From IMG/VR virus record IMGVR_UViG_2740892214_000001: 20,518 nt of DNA; one strand, written 5' to 3'. Of this stretch, positions 8,998 to 17,742 are shown piece after piece. Origin of the DNA: a virus. Taxonomy: Duplodnaviria; Heunggongvirae; Uroviricota; Caudoviricetes. The number at the start of each line of letters is the position of its first letter. Positions within the stretch are counted from its first letter, which is position 1. The position numbers and the translations under genes are program-made. The notes below the pieces were generated by a model, which saw only the letters and a list, made by a program, of their open reading frames with translations, was not told the DNA's origin and ran no database searches.

Positions 8998-9273
8998 TTA
9001 CTCAATAAAGATCATTGGCTTACCGTTAAAGCGTTCATGCCGTGTGACCGTCCATTGTTGTCCGTCATAAACAACGCGATCCCCGCGCCGTGGGCGGTAT
9101 CCCGAAGAAAACACCACCAGAGAGACCGCAGGTCCGGACAGAGCATTCAGCTCTGCCAGTGTTTCTCCCGGGATCACGGTCATATCGACATCATTAATCG
9201 AGGCTGTCTTTCCCATCTTTCTGACCGTGATAGCATCCATACGCGCTGCCAGCCGGGAAAAGGGATCAGACAT
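8998..9273 (-). CDS. Small head-tail joining / head completion protein (gpFII-like), function inferred
   Basis: 91-aa ORF immediately upstream of Z; C-terminal RRGDRVVYDGQQWTV resembles the RRGDTLTIGEENFWV segment of lambda gpFII; position matches FII. Confidence 0.5.
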   Translation of the reverse strand: MSDPFSRLAARMDAITVRKMGKTASINDVDMTVIPGETLAELNALSGPAVSLVVFSSGYRPRRGDRVVYDGQQWTVTRHERFNGKPMIFIE

Positions 9274-9589
9274 TGAGTTTTACCGGCACTTCTTCTGCAC
9301 TGGTTCCGGCATCTGCCCAGACAACCCCGACCAGCGGATCAGAGCCGCTGTTAGTCAGCTGAACTTTTCCGGACTTCAGATAAACCTTCTTACCCGTTTT
9401 CATGTCATCCGTTTTCAGCTTAGGCAGCATAAACACACCTTCGGTCATACCGTCGCCTGTTTCACCTTGTGGAATATCGGTCAGCGCCACCGCAAAAACA
9501 TCACCCACCTGCACCAGATCTCCGCTGCTGATGGCTGCACTGGCAACAATCGCCACCGTTTTTCCTTCTTCTACAAAATTCTTTGCCAT
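9266..9589 (-). CDS. Small head-associated protein of unknown function (possible DUF2190-like head decoration/completion protein)
   Basis: Start trimmed to ATG 9587..9589 (MAKNFVEEGKT) with GGAG 6 nt upstream; 107 aa, Gly/Val-rich; lies between the major capsid gene and the FII-like gene. Family assignment is from memory and unverified. Confidence 0.45.
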   Translation of the reverse strand: MAKNFVEEGKTVAIVASAAISSGDLVQVGDVFAVALTDIPQGETGDGMTEGVFMLPKLKTDDMKTGKKVYLKSGKVQLTNSGSDPLVGVVWADAGTSAEEVPVKLNV

Positions 9590-9632
9590 AACTGTCTCCA
9601 CACAGCCCCGTTCAGGGGCTGATTTCAGGTAC

Positions 9633-9651
9633 AAAAAAAGCCCTTACGGGC
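9633..9651 (-). terminator. Intrinsic terminator immediately downstream of the major capsid gene (minus strand)
   Basis: Minus strand reads GCCC-GUAA-GGGC (GNRA tetraloop hairpin) followed by UUUUUUUGU, about 25 nt after the capsid gene stop. A second hairpin (CAGCCCC-UGAAC-GGGGCUG, 9603..9621) follows just before the next SD. Confidence 0.55.
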
Positions 9652-9675
9652 CATCAGAGTTGTTGTCTGCGATGT

Positions 9676-11634
9676 TTACGCCGTACATTTCACCAGACCG
9701 CGGTGATCAACTGGCGCGACACCGGCGTCAATACGCACTTTCGTTGTCACGCCATCCACACTGAAGCCCTCCATCTGATCAATATATGGCGTATCCACAC
9801 CGTTGAGATAAGCCACTTCAATCGTATCGGAGCCTTTTGACGCAGCCAGGTAGAAGGTGGTCTGGCTGTTATCATCAAGACGAGGCTCTGCAATAACGGT
9901 CGCAAAATCTTTCACCGGGTTAATAATACCGGCGTTAATGTCAGCCCCCTTGACACTTGAGGAGCGAATGACCTGGTTAGCAACAGACTCCATCGCCGTC
10001 GGTACCAGTACGAACGCAGGACGAATATTCAGATGACGCTCCCCCTCTTTCTGAACACGCATCAACTGGCGGGCTTTATCCAGCGATGCCACGTCCATTG
10101 CAGCGTCCTCCAGTACGTTTGCATGTTTCGCTTTATCGAACAGACTTACATTATCTGTGGAGATTTTCGGGTTAGACGTCAGAATGGCATAAACCAGATC
10201 GGCAATAGTGGATTTCGCCGCACGGCCCAGCTTCATCGGGACATCGGTCAGCATATTCAGATCATCATTGATAATGGCCTGACGGGTGATACTGAACAGC
10301 TCGCCATAGGTCGCCAGTGCAATAGTGGCCTGTTTATCTCCGGTGGTGACGTATTTATATTCCGCCCCTTCACGCACCTGACGCAGAGCACTGAAGCCCC
10401 CCATACCCACGCGATGGGCAATTTTAAAATCAGACAACTGACCTTTCCGCGTCCACTGTTCATAGGTTTCAGGGGCATCCTCCCAGCCCTGCAGAATGGC
10501 TTTGTTCGCAACATCCAGCAGAATATTACCGAAGTCAGACGTACTGTGTGTGAACGCCGCACCGACCATCTGCATCGGGTTATAACCGGAAACCCCAATA
10601 CCCCGTTCAGTCAGTGACATACGGGCATATTCACGCAGGGTCATCCCGTTGTAGACATTATCACGTTCGGTTTTTTCAAATCCGGCACGCGCCATCAGCG
10701 CCTGGCGGATCCCGTCCCCCACAAAATTACCGTTACCGGCATAAATATGAGCCGGGGTATTTTTATTGGATGGCGTGGACTCGCGCCCCATCTCGTTCAA
10801 CAGCTTTTCGCGGGCCTGCTCCAGCGAACATTCAGGATCGGCAAGACACTGAGCCTGCAGCGTCTGATAACGCCCGCCAAACATGGCAAACAGATCATTA
10901 ATACCGTTTACACGCGCTTTTTGCTCTGCCAGTACCTGCGCACGGATACTGTTTTCATCCACCACGGGTGCTGCTGCCTGCACTGGCGTCCGGGAGGCTG
11001 CAGGTTCATTATCCTGTACGCGTGGAGCACTGTTGCGTGGCGGAGTAATCATGTTTCGAATGGATTCCGGCATCTTTTTAAATTCCTCTGTACGTTTTGA
11101 CTGAATACATGCCATTGCCTTAACGGCTGGCGTCACCTGATCAGCAAATCCATGTGCCAGACATTCGGCACCGGACATCCAGGTCTCATCCGCCAGCATG
11201 GCAGCAATTTCATCGGTGGTTTTCCCGGTTTTCTGTGCATAAGCGGGTAACAGAACCGCCTCAACCTTATCGAGCAGGTCGGCATAGGTGCGCATGTCCT
11301 CCGCATCACCGCCCGTAAAGCCAAATGGTTTATGAATCATCATGAAGGTGTTTTCCGGCATAATGACCGGTTTTCCCACCATCGCAATGACCGACGCCAT
11401 TGACGCCGCCACACCGTCGACATAAACGGTAATGGACGCACCATGTGTTTTCAGCGCATTAAAAATGGCGATGCCTTCAAAGACATCGCCACCCGGTGAA
11501 TTGATATGGAGATTAATGTGGGTGATATCGCCCAGTGCATTCAGATCACTGATAAACTGCTTCGCTGTAACACCCCAGAAACCAATCTCGTCATAAATAT
11601 AAATATCCGCGTCACTCTGGTGACCAGCCTGCAT
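9676..11634 (-). CDS. Fused prohead protease (ClpP/S14-like) - linker/scaffold - HK97-fold major capsid protein (about 652 aa)
   Basis: Start trimmed to ATG 11632..11634 (MQAGHQSDADIYIYDEIGFWG), the first ATG after the portal stop. N-terminal domain has ClpP-like motifs (IYIYDEIG, INSPGGDV, MIHKP); a Pro/Ala/Gln-rich linker follows; the C-terminal ~330 aa resemble HK97-type major capsid proteins. Confidence 0.8.
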   Translation of the reverse strand: MQAGHQSDADIYIYDEIGFWGVTAKQFISDLNALGDITHINLHINSPGGDVFEGIAIFNALKTHGASITVYVDGVAASMASVIAMVGKPVIMPENTFMMIHKPFGFTGGDAEDMRTYADLLDKVEAVLLPAYAQKTGKTTDEIAAMLADETWMSGAECLAHGFADQVTPAVKAMACIQSKRTEEFKKMPESIRNMITPPRNSAPRVQDNEPAASRTPVQAAAPVVDENSIRAQVLAEQKARVNGINDLFAMFGGRYQTLQAQCLADPECSLEQAREKLLNEMGRESTPSNKNTPAHIYAGNGNFVGDGIRQALMARAGFEKTERDNVYNGMTLREYARMSLTERGIGVSGYNPMQMVGAAFTHSTSDFGNILLDVANKAILQGWEDAPETYEQWTRKGQLSDFKIAHRVGMGGFSALRQVREGAEYKYVTTGDKQATIALATYGELFSITRQAIINDDLNMLTDVPMKLGRAAKSTIADLVYAILTSNPKISTDNVSLFDKAKHANVLEDAAMDVASLDKARQLMRVQKEGERHLNIRPAFVLVPTAMESVANQVIRSSSVKGADINAGIINPVKDFATVIAEPRLDDNSQTTFYLAASKGSDTIEVAYLNGVDTPYIDQMEGFSVDGVTTKVRIDAGVAPVDHRGLVKCTA

Positions 11635-11647
11635 CCTGAACCAGGAA

Positions 11648-13156
11648 TTATTCTTCGGACTGGTCGTCGGTGTGCTGCGGCTCCTGTCGTTTCGTTGCGG
11701 CACTGCTGCCTCCTTTATCACTGGCCGGATCGGTATCAAATACCAGATCCAGCTTGCGGTTTTCATCAATTTCGGCCTTGCGCCGACGTTTGACATCATC
11801 CGGATTACGACCACCTGCACGTACCCAGTCTGATTCTGTCGCCGCTCCACCACGAATCTGGATTTTCCAGGCCTCAGCCTCCTTAACAGGGTCAATCCAC
11901 GGCATCACCGGTCCGGAATACACCGCGGTATACAGTGAAGAACGGTCAAGATCGCGGGGTAGCCTGATAACACCGGATGCCACAGCCTGTTTCAGCCAGG
12001 CACGGTACATCGGGCGGGTGACGGCACCAATAAACCAGTCCTGCAGGATCAGGTAGCCATCAGTGGATTCAACCAGCTCCTGACGCTGGGCGCTGTAAGT
12101 GCCGTTATAGTTGCGCGCTGTACTGGAAAAACTCAGACGACTGCCAGCCGCCACTGCACGCAACTGACCATTACGAAAAGTTTCAAGATTAGGATTGGGG
12201 CGATCCGACTTCACCATTCCGATTTCTTCGCCGGGTTTCAGATCGTCGTAAATAATGCCTGGCTGAATGGTAAGCTCGCGTTCCTTATCCTTGCTGCCAT
12301 TACCATCCGGTTCATAGCTCTGCCCGTCGCCTTTGCGGATGTACATCCCCAGAGCAGCGGCGATCCTTGCTGCAGTCAGCTCATAATCTTCATAATCTTT
12401 CAGGGCACTGAGGCGGATCAGCACACCGGACAACAAAGACGTCCCGCGCATCTGGTGCAGACGGCGAACAAATTTAAGATGCAGCATTCGCTCTGCATCC
12501 ACTTCTTTGGTTTCCATCTGCCGTCCGGATACGGGACGGCTTTTATACACCAGATATTTTTCGGGACGCCCCCAGTCATCAACAAACACGCCCTGATTCA
12601 GCCTGTTGCTCTCATCACTGGTCATGGGAATAAAGTCTGGCTCGAGCGCCTCCAGCCAGAAATGAACACCGGCAGAAGGCGTCAGGCTGTTTATGCGCCC
12701 GGAAACCATCTGGGCAAACACCTCACCATCGCGCAGCCAGGTACGCAGCATCAGACGTTCCAGCATCGGACGGGTAAACTGCCCGGTGACTTCCGGGCTG
12801 ACAGACCATTCACTCCATCGGGTGCGAATCTCCGCTGCCAGATCACGGGCAATGGCCCCATTGCGTAATACCGGATGTGGCTCGACAATAATCCCGTTTT
12901 TCCCCACCACCCGTTCTTCCAGCTTGTCAAATACACCAATAACCAGATCGTGGTTGTTATCAAGGTAACGGGCCTGCTCACGTAACGACACGGCCCCGTA
13001 CTGGCTTAGCTGGTCGGCAGTTCGGTTCTCCCGTCGGGCTTTGTGTGTCCGCGTCGTTTTTACGGCTTCATAAGCCTGGATCACCGCACGGGAACGCAGC
13101 CTTGCCGCTTTCCATCTAGGTGAAAAAACGCCAATCACATCATCAAGAATTGCCAT
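11648..13156 (-). CDS. Portal protein
   Basis: About 502 aa; start trimmed to ATG 13154..13156 (MAILDDVIGVF), which overlaps the upstream gene stop by one base. Sits between terminase/W and the capsid gene; acidic C-terminus. Family (lambda gpB-like) is inferred, not verified. Confidence 0.8.
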   Translation of the reverse strand: MAILDDVIGVFSPRWKAARLRSRAVIQAYEAVKTTRTHKARRENRTADQLSQYGAVSLREQARYLDNNHDLVIGVFDKLEERVVGKNGIIVEPHPVLRNGAIARDLAAEIRTRWSEWSVSPEVTGQFTRPMLERLMLRTWLRDGEVFAQMVSGRINSLTPSAGVHFWLEALEPDFIPMTSDESNRLNQGVFVDDWGRPEKYLVYKSRPVSGRQMETKEVDAERMLHLKFVRRLHQMRGTSLLSGVLIRLSALKDYEDYELTAARIAAALGMYIRKGDGQSYEPDGNGSKDKERELTIQPGIIYDDLKPGEEIGMVKSDRPNPNLETFRNGQLRAVAAGSRLSFSSTARNYNGTYSAQRQELVESTDGYLILQDWFIGAVTRPMYRAWLKQAVASGVIRLPRDLDRSSLYTAVYSGPVMPWIDPVKEAEAWKIQIRGGAATESDWVRAGGRNPDDVKRRRKAEIDENRKLDLVFDTDPASDKGGSSAATKRQEPQHTDDQSEE

Positions 13157-13368
13157 CAGAACCTCGCCAGCCGGTACCCGGGATGCCCCCGTCGTCGTGT
13201 AATCAGAGCCGCAAGGCGGCGCTCCCACTCCTGCCGTCCCTGCCGGATCTCAGATAAGTTTTCCATGGTCATCTGCTGACCATTAAAGGTGACGGATTTT
13301 CCGTCCAGCACCGCCATTTCAGCTTCCATATAACGCTGAATCATGGCTTCGATATCATTCTGGTTCAT
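13156..13368 (-). CDS. gpW-like head-tail joining / head completion protein
   Basis: 70 aa (MNQNDIEAMIQRYMEAEMAVLDGKSVTFNGQQMT...RRRGHPGY); size, position between large terminase and portal, and the C-terminal RRRG motif resemble lambda gpW. Start ATG overlaps the large terminase stop (ATGA). Confidence 0.55.
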   Translation of the reverse strand: MNQNDIEAMIQRYMEAEMAVLDGKSVTFNGQQMTMENLSEIRQGRQEWERRLAALITRRRGHPGYRLARF

Positions 13369-15467
13369 AACCATCCTCCGGAAGTCAGCCAGGGGTTAAC
13401 ATCGTCAGTTACTGTTTTCTTCCGTTTTTGTTTTTTAACAGGCGTGGATACCGGTTCCGGTGAGGATGACGGTTCGGTACTGTCCTGGACACACTCCAGC
13501 CAGGTTTCCCGGCTCGCCCACTCCGGTGCATCCGGCCAGCGGATCTTTTCGTATCCATGCAGAATGACCAGAGCCTCGGCATACACCATCAGGTCAAAAG
13601 CTTCGTTGGCACCGCGACCCGGCTTACTCCATTTCCCGTCACTGCTCCGCTCTTCATACGTCAGTTCGTCGTAAAACCAGCTCCCCAGCCAGTCAGGGAA
13701 ATGCACATAGCCGGGACCTGGCGAGTCACGCCATAACGCGTTATTCACCCGGTCTTTCAGTGCATCCGTCTGAAGAAGCCAGAGCGGCACATCACCTGCG
13801 GCCTGCGCCCGTCGGCCCGTTCGTCCGGTGTTATCAGGGAATGTACGGGTGATCAGTTTTGCGCGCCGGATGCTGTCGCCCTTAAACAGGTAAATACGTT
13901 TACCAAGGCCATCACGACGGCAACGACGCCAGAATTTATAGGCATTATCAGTGACCCCGTCTTCACCGCCGGAGTCCACCGCCATTGCCATCAGTCGCAT
14001 TTGTTGAGAAGGATCGGAGGCCAGCGGCCAGCTTTTATGAAAAACATCCGTCAGCAGGACATCCCAGTCTTCCGGATAGCTGGCCGGATCAATTCGCTGG
14101 CTCTCCCCGTCGCTGTCACCGCGCAATGACTGCGTGATGTTGTAACGATCAATAATCCAGCGTTCGCCACGGCTGCCATAGCCCGTTACCTGAACCACAA
14201 AACGGCGATGACGTCCCGCCTGCACATCCACTGTCGCCACAAGGAAATTAACGCCATCCGGCACACTGCGGGAAGGAACTGGCTCTGCCCGCTGCTCAAG
14301 CAGTTCACTTTTTCGTTGCTCCATGCTGGCGCGGGGAAGATAAGGTAATCCCCAGTCGGTATTGATAACCGTCTTGAGTGTTTCTTCACTTCCGGTTGTC
14401 TCGTATTCCTGTTCTGCAGTAAGCAGTTTGTAAACGAGTTGCGAGAGTGTCTGGTAAGCAGCTGCCGGACCCTCCATCCAGAATGACGCAATACGTGAGC
14501 GTCGGGGATCACCATAACGACTGCCATCCGCATTGATGGATTCACCATCCCGCAACCAGACCCCACGTCCGTTCAGCTCACGTTTGTGTTCAGGCATAAT
14601 CCGTCCTGAACAGGAAGGACACTGAATATAAGCCGCCTCACTTGCCAGCACGGGATCGGCAATATCACGGAAACCAGCAACCACATCGCCGCAGGGCTGA
14701 AAATACTCACCACAGTGTGGACAGGGCCAGTACCAGCGACGGCGATCACCACGGTTATAGAGCGACAGGATCCCCGTGGTTGGTGGAGCCTCATGCGGTG
14801 AAGTCCGTCGCCATTTCACATCCTTCACATCCCTGCCGGGGGAACTCTCCACCAACGTCATACCGCTGGACATAAATGTGGTGGTACGTTTTGAGGCAAG
14901 AGAGAAGGCATCCCCCTCGCCATCAATATCTTCCGGAAAACGGTCATAATCCGTCAGCGCGACGCATTTATAATCTGATGAGGACATGATATTGACTGAC
15001 GGCCAGCCGATTTTCAGGTAGTTGCCAGCAAGGAATGTTCTGTCATAAACGTTGTTGTCATTTTTGTTCGGACTCAGGCGACTGACCACTTCCGGGCTGA
15101 CGCGAAACGTTCTGGCGAGTCGTTTTTTGGAGTGTTCGCGGGCTTTTTCCTCCGTCATCTGAATGATCAGCATATCAGCAGGATCGCAAATCACGTTGTA
15201 AATCACCCAGCCGTCAATCAGGCCGATAGTCTTGCCGGTTCGTGCCGGGCCAACAAATATCACTGCGTCGTATTCACGCGAGGCCAGGCAGTTCATCGGC
15301 TCAATAACATACGGTGCCACCAGCGGATCCCACGGGACTGAGTTCCCGGCCCCCATGGGCACCCGCATATACTGAGCAACGGCATCAGCAACCCGCATTC
15401 GTCTCGGTGCGCGAAGGATATAACCTGAATCGGTTCGTGCTGCCTTTGCGGTTTCCTGATTCAGCAT
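13365..15467 (-). CDS. Terminase large subunit (GpA family)
   Basis: 700 aa; Walker A-like GPARTGKT; CPHCGEYFQP and WIIDRYNI segments resemble lambda gpA CPHCGEE and WLIDRQII; start ATG overlaps the small terminase stop (TAATG). Confidence 0.9.
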   Translation of the reverse strand: MLNQETAKAARTDSGYILRAPRRMRVADAVAQYMRVPMGAGNSVPWDPLVAPYVIEPMNCLASREYDAVIFVGPARTGKTIGLIDGWVIYNVICDPADMLIIQMTEEKAREHSKKRLARTFRVSPEVVSRLSPNKNDNNVYDRTFLAGNYLKIGWPSVNIMSSSDYKCVALTDYDRFPEDIDGEGDAFSLASKRTTTFMSSGMTLVESSPGRDVKDVKWRRTSPHEAPPTTGILSLYNRGDRRRWYWPCPHCGEYFQPCGDVVAGFRDIADPVLASEAAYIQCPSCSGRIMPEHKRELNGRGVWLRDGESINADGSRYGDPRRSRIASFWMEGPAAAYQTLSQLVYKLLTAEQEYETTGSEETLKTVINTDWGLPYLPRASMEQRKSELLEQRAEPVPSRSVPDGVNFLVATVDVQAGRHRRFVVQVTGYGSRGERWIIDRYNITQSLRGDSDGESQRIDPASYPEDWDVLLTDVFHKSWPLASDPSQQMRLMAMAVDSGGEDGVTDNAYKFWRRCRRDGLGKRIYLFKGDSIRRAKLITRTFPDNTGRTGRRAQAAGDVPLWLLQTDALKDRVNNALWRDSPGPGYVHFPDWLGSWFYDELTYEERSSDGKWSKPGRGANEAFDLMVYAEALVILHGYEKIRWPDAPEWASRETWLECVQDSTEPSSSPEPVSTPVKKQKRKKTVTDDVNPWLTSGGWL

Positions 15468-15961
15468 TACTCCTCCTGCTGTAATTCCTCCTCATCATCC
15501 GCACCTGCTTCAGTCACCCGCAGGGCTATCTGATCGCGCAGATCATCAATAATGGACTGAACACGGCTCACAGCGGCAGGCTGCAGACCGCAGTCACGTT
15601 CAAGAATATCCGGTAATGTCTCCAGCACCTGCACGACCGCTTTTGCCCAGATGGCAAACTCCCGTCTGACATCACTGGCCGGAATGAGTTGTGCCGTTTC
15701 CTGTTCGAACTTAAGACGCTCACGTTCAGACTGATACCAGGCTTTGCGCTCATGCGCGTCCATTTCGCCTTCTGCAACCGGCGGTGGTAATGCCAGAAAT
15801 GCCGACACAATATCAACCACCCGATAAAGCTTGAGGTTGCTTTCATGCCCCCCTGCAACGGGTAGATTTTGCAGCCTTGCCGCAGCAGTCTGGCGATGTA
15901 CACCTGACAGTGCCGCCAGTTGACTGATATTAAGCGTCAGATTTTTTAACTCTCGATCCAT
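15467..15961 (-). CDS. Terminase small subunit (Nu1-like, N-terminal HTH, acidic C-terminus)
   Basis: 164 aa immediately upstream of and coupled to the large terminase; N-terminal LNISQLAALSGVHRQTAAARL is HTH-like; GGAG SD 7 nt upstream; lies about 175 nt downstream of the cosN candidate. Confidence 0.7.
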   Translation of the reverse strand: MDRELKNLTLNISQLAALSGVHRQTAAARLQNLPVAGGHESNLKLYRVVDIVSAFLALPPPVAEGEMDAHERKAWYQSERERLKFEQETAQLIPASDVRREFAIWAKAVVQVLETLPDILERDCGLQPAAVSRVQSIIDDLRDQIALRVTEAGADDEEELQQEE

Positions 15962-16064
15962 ACCCGCTCCAGAATGTTTTAAACATGCATCTTGCGAACA
16001 ACTTTAGGCAAACGGTGTTAGTGATGAACAAAAAACAATCAAAATCGACACTACAAAAATAAAA

Positions 16065-16152
16065 CCACTGTAATATCAATCTATTACAGTAGTGGTGATG
16101 ACGAATGAAATTTCAAAAACTAGCCTTTTTCCGCGACGCTCCCGCCCCGTGG
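16065..16152 (-). other. Candidate cos site: cosN-like sequence (12-nt cohesive-end candidate GGGCGGGAGCGT on minus strand, plus 16136..16147) and cosB-like AT-rich region with a palindrome (16065..16095)
   Basis: Minus strand ACGGGGCGGGAGCGTCGCGG matches lambda cosN region ACGGGGCGGCGACCTCGCGG (as recalled) at 16 of 20 positions; followed by an AT-rich segment and a shared TTCGTCAT motif; distance to the terminase start is about 175 nt (lambda about 190). Confidence 0.55.
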
Positions 16153-16414
16153 CAGGCCACCCCACCGGAAGGACCCGCCAAAATGAGAGTGATTATCACC
16201 ATTGCTGATGAATAAATTGATGAAAATCATTGAAACGCCTTTCAGCAAGATAACGGCGACGGTCGTTGTTGAACTCCGTAACTCTGCTACTAAGGTTAAA
16301 AGCATGGCCATCTTTTGCCACCGGCAAATCTTCAATGGATTTCCCCTGCCGGTTTTTTATTCCTCACATTATCGCAGCCCCTCAGTGAAGGGCTGCTGTA
16401 ATGCCTGCTGTTAC

Positions 16415-16798
16415 TCAGTAACGACCGCGCCTTCCGGTAATTTCATACCGGCAAATACCGGACAGCCCGGGGATCGTTATCTGCAGCTGGTTAGCCAGGG
16501 AGTTAATCTCAGCGACCAACACTGGCTTCGTATAGCGCCATGCCGCCAGCCCTTGTCCACAGAAGCTCGCCATATCTTTTTTCTGATCAAACTCATGACA
16601 CTTCATATTGAGCTGCGCACTTAAGCTGTTGCGATGCTGAAGTTCTCCGGTGAAGTAGTCATCCAGGACTTTATAGGCTGCATATTTAAATCCGGGGTTT
16701 AGCCATGCTGCATAATCATAAGCAACAAACTTCCCGCCATATGTTCCACCGTGTACACCGCGCTCAGTAAAAACCACAGATTCGTGTTTTTTCTCCAT
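16415..16798 (-). CDS. Hypothetical protein (127 aa) between Rz and cos; possible KilA-N-like fragment
   Basis: ORF begins directly after the Rz TAG stop in the same frame, with no SD. Segment GTYGGKFVAYDYAAWLNPGF loosely resembles the conserved KilA-N motif (GTWVHP.LA..FA.WLSPEF) as recalled. Status as a functional gene is uncertain. Confidence 0.4.
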   Translation of the reverse strand: MEKKHESVVFTERGVHGGTYGGKFVAYDYAAWLNPGFKYAAYKVLDDYFTGELQHRNSLSAQLNMKCHEFDQKKDMASFCGQGLAAWRYTKPVLVAEINSLANQLQITIPGLSGICRYEITGRRGRY

Positions 16799-17266
16799 CT
16801 ACTTAATGCGCTGGGTGCGGATATATTCCTGCGCCCCTTCCAGTTGCTTCTGCATCGTCATCAACCGTTCTCTGAGGGTGAAATAATCCCGTTCAGCGGT
16901 GTCTGCCAGTCGGGGGCTGGTTGCATTATCCATGCTGGTGGGTCCGGTGGCTTCACGCACGGCTGCGGAGCAACTGGCATTGACCCGCAGGCGCTTACGA
17001 CCAGCGGCAACATCAGCGCGCAGAGTTTCATTTTCAGTTTTCGCATCGGCTAACTCCTTCGTGTATTTTGCATCGATCGCAGCAACATCACGCTGACGCT
17101 GCTGCATGTCAGCGATGGTGGCGGTCGCCTGCTTCAGCTCACTGACTTTTTTATCACGCTGTTCTTTGTAGGCGATGGCGTTATCACGGTAATGATTAAC
17201 AGCCCATGACAGGCAGGCGATGATACAAATAACCAGAGCGGAGATAATCGCGGTTACTCTGCTCAT
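16799..17266 (-). CDS. Rz: Rz i-spanin
   Basis: 155 aa; [36 protein letters not shown]...[27 protein letters not shown] matches lambda Rz; start overlaps the R stop (ATGA). Confidence 0.95.
   Translation of the reverse strand: MSRVTAIISALVICIIACLSWAVNHYRDNAIAYKEQRDKKVSELKQATATIADMQQRQRDVAAIDAKYTKELADAKTENETLRADVAAGRKRLRVNASCSAAVREATGPTSMDNATSPRLADTAERDYFTLRERLMTMQKQLEGAQEYIRTQRIK
16861..17046 (-). CDS. Rz1: Rz1 o-spanin lipoprotein, embedded in the +1 frame of Rz
   Basis: 61 aa with signal/lipobox LVVSAC and proline-rich [30 protein letters not shown], matching lambda Rz1 as recalled. Confidence 0.85.
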   Translation of the reverse strand: MRKLKMKLCALMLPLVVSACGSMPVAPQPCVKPPDPPAWIMQPAPDWQTPLNGIISPSENG

Positions 17267-17739
17267 ACCTCAATCTCTCTGACCGTTCCGCCTGCTTCTT
17301 TGAATTTTGCAATCAGGCTGTCAACTTTATGCTCGAACTGACCATAACCAGCGCCCGGTAGTGAAGCCCAGATATTGCTGCAACGGTCGATAGCCTGACG
17401 AATATCACCGCGATCAATCATCGGTAAAGCGCCACGCTCTTTAATCTGCTGCAGAGCTACAGCGTCCTGGCTTTCTGGAGAAAAATCTTTCAGGCCAAGC
17501 TGTTTACGGTAAGCATCCCACCAGCGTGAAAGAAGCTGGTAACGTCCGGCGGCTGTTGATTTGAGTTTGGGGTTTAGCGTGACAAGTTTGCGAGGATGAT
17601 CGGAGTAATCCGTGAATAACTCACCACCTACAATAACGTCGTAGCCGTGATTGCGGGTTGGCTGTCGCCCGTTATCCGTTCCTTCTGACCACGCCAACAT
17701 ATCGAGGAAAGCTTTACGCTGGGAATTTAGTACCTGCAT
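17263..17739 (-). CDS. R: Endolysin R (lytic transglycosylase)
   Basis: 158 aa, near-identical to lambda R from residue 6 onward ([57 protein letters not shown]...); AAGGAG SD upstream. Confidence 0.95.
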   Translation of the reverse strand: MQVLNSQRKAFLDMLAWSEGTDNGRQPTRNHGYDVIVGGELFTDYSDHPRKLVTLNPKLKSTAAGRYQLLSRWWDAYRKQLGLKDFSPESQDAVALQQIKERGALPMIDRGDIRQAIDRCSNIWASLPGAGYGQFEHKVDSLIAKFKEAGGTVREIEV

Positions 17740-17742
17740 AAA

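Noticed and set aside
10033-11100. Plus-strand ORFs 10033..10617, 10614..10901, 10747..11100 and minus-strand 10257..10598
   Set aside because: Antisense or out of frame within the protease/capsid fusion gene; no independent support.
9590-11895. N-terminal extensions of track ORFs (capsid fusion to 11895, portal to 13228, V to 8074, G to 7237, K to 2458, holin to 18174, TMP to 6529)
   Set aside because: Extensions overlap the upstream gene or contain a terminator hairpin; internal ATGs with SD sequences and homology-consistent N-termini were preferred.
12455-12981. Plus-strand 137-aa and 91-aa ORFs and minus-strand 76-aa ORF
   Set aside because: Inside the portal gene; shadow ORFs.
16120-16624. 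Minus-strand 71-aa ORF (16120..16335) and plus-strand 140-aa ORF (16202..16624), considered as a possible bor-like gene
   Set aside because: They span the GC-rich cosN-like element and the hairpin; the plus-strand ORF has no signal peptide or lipobox and does not resemble Bor; no SD.
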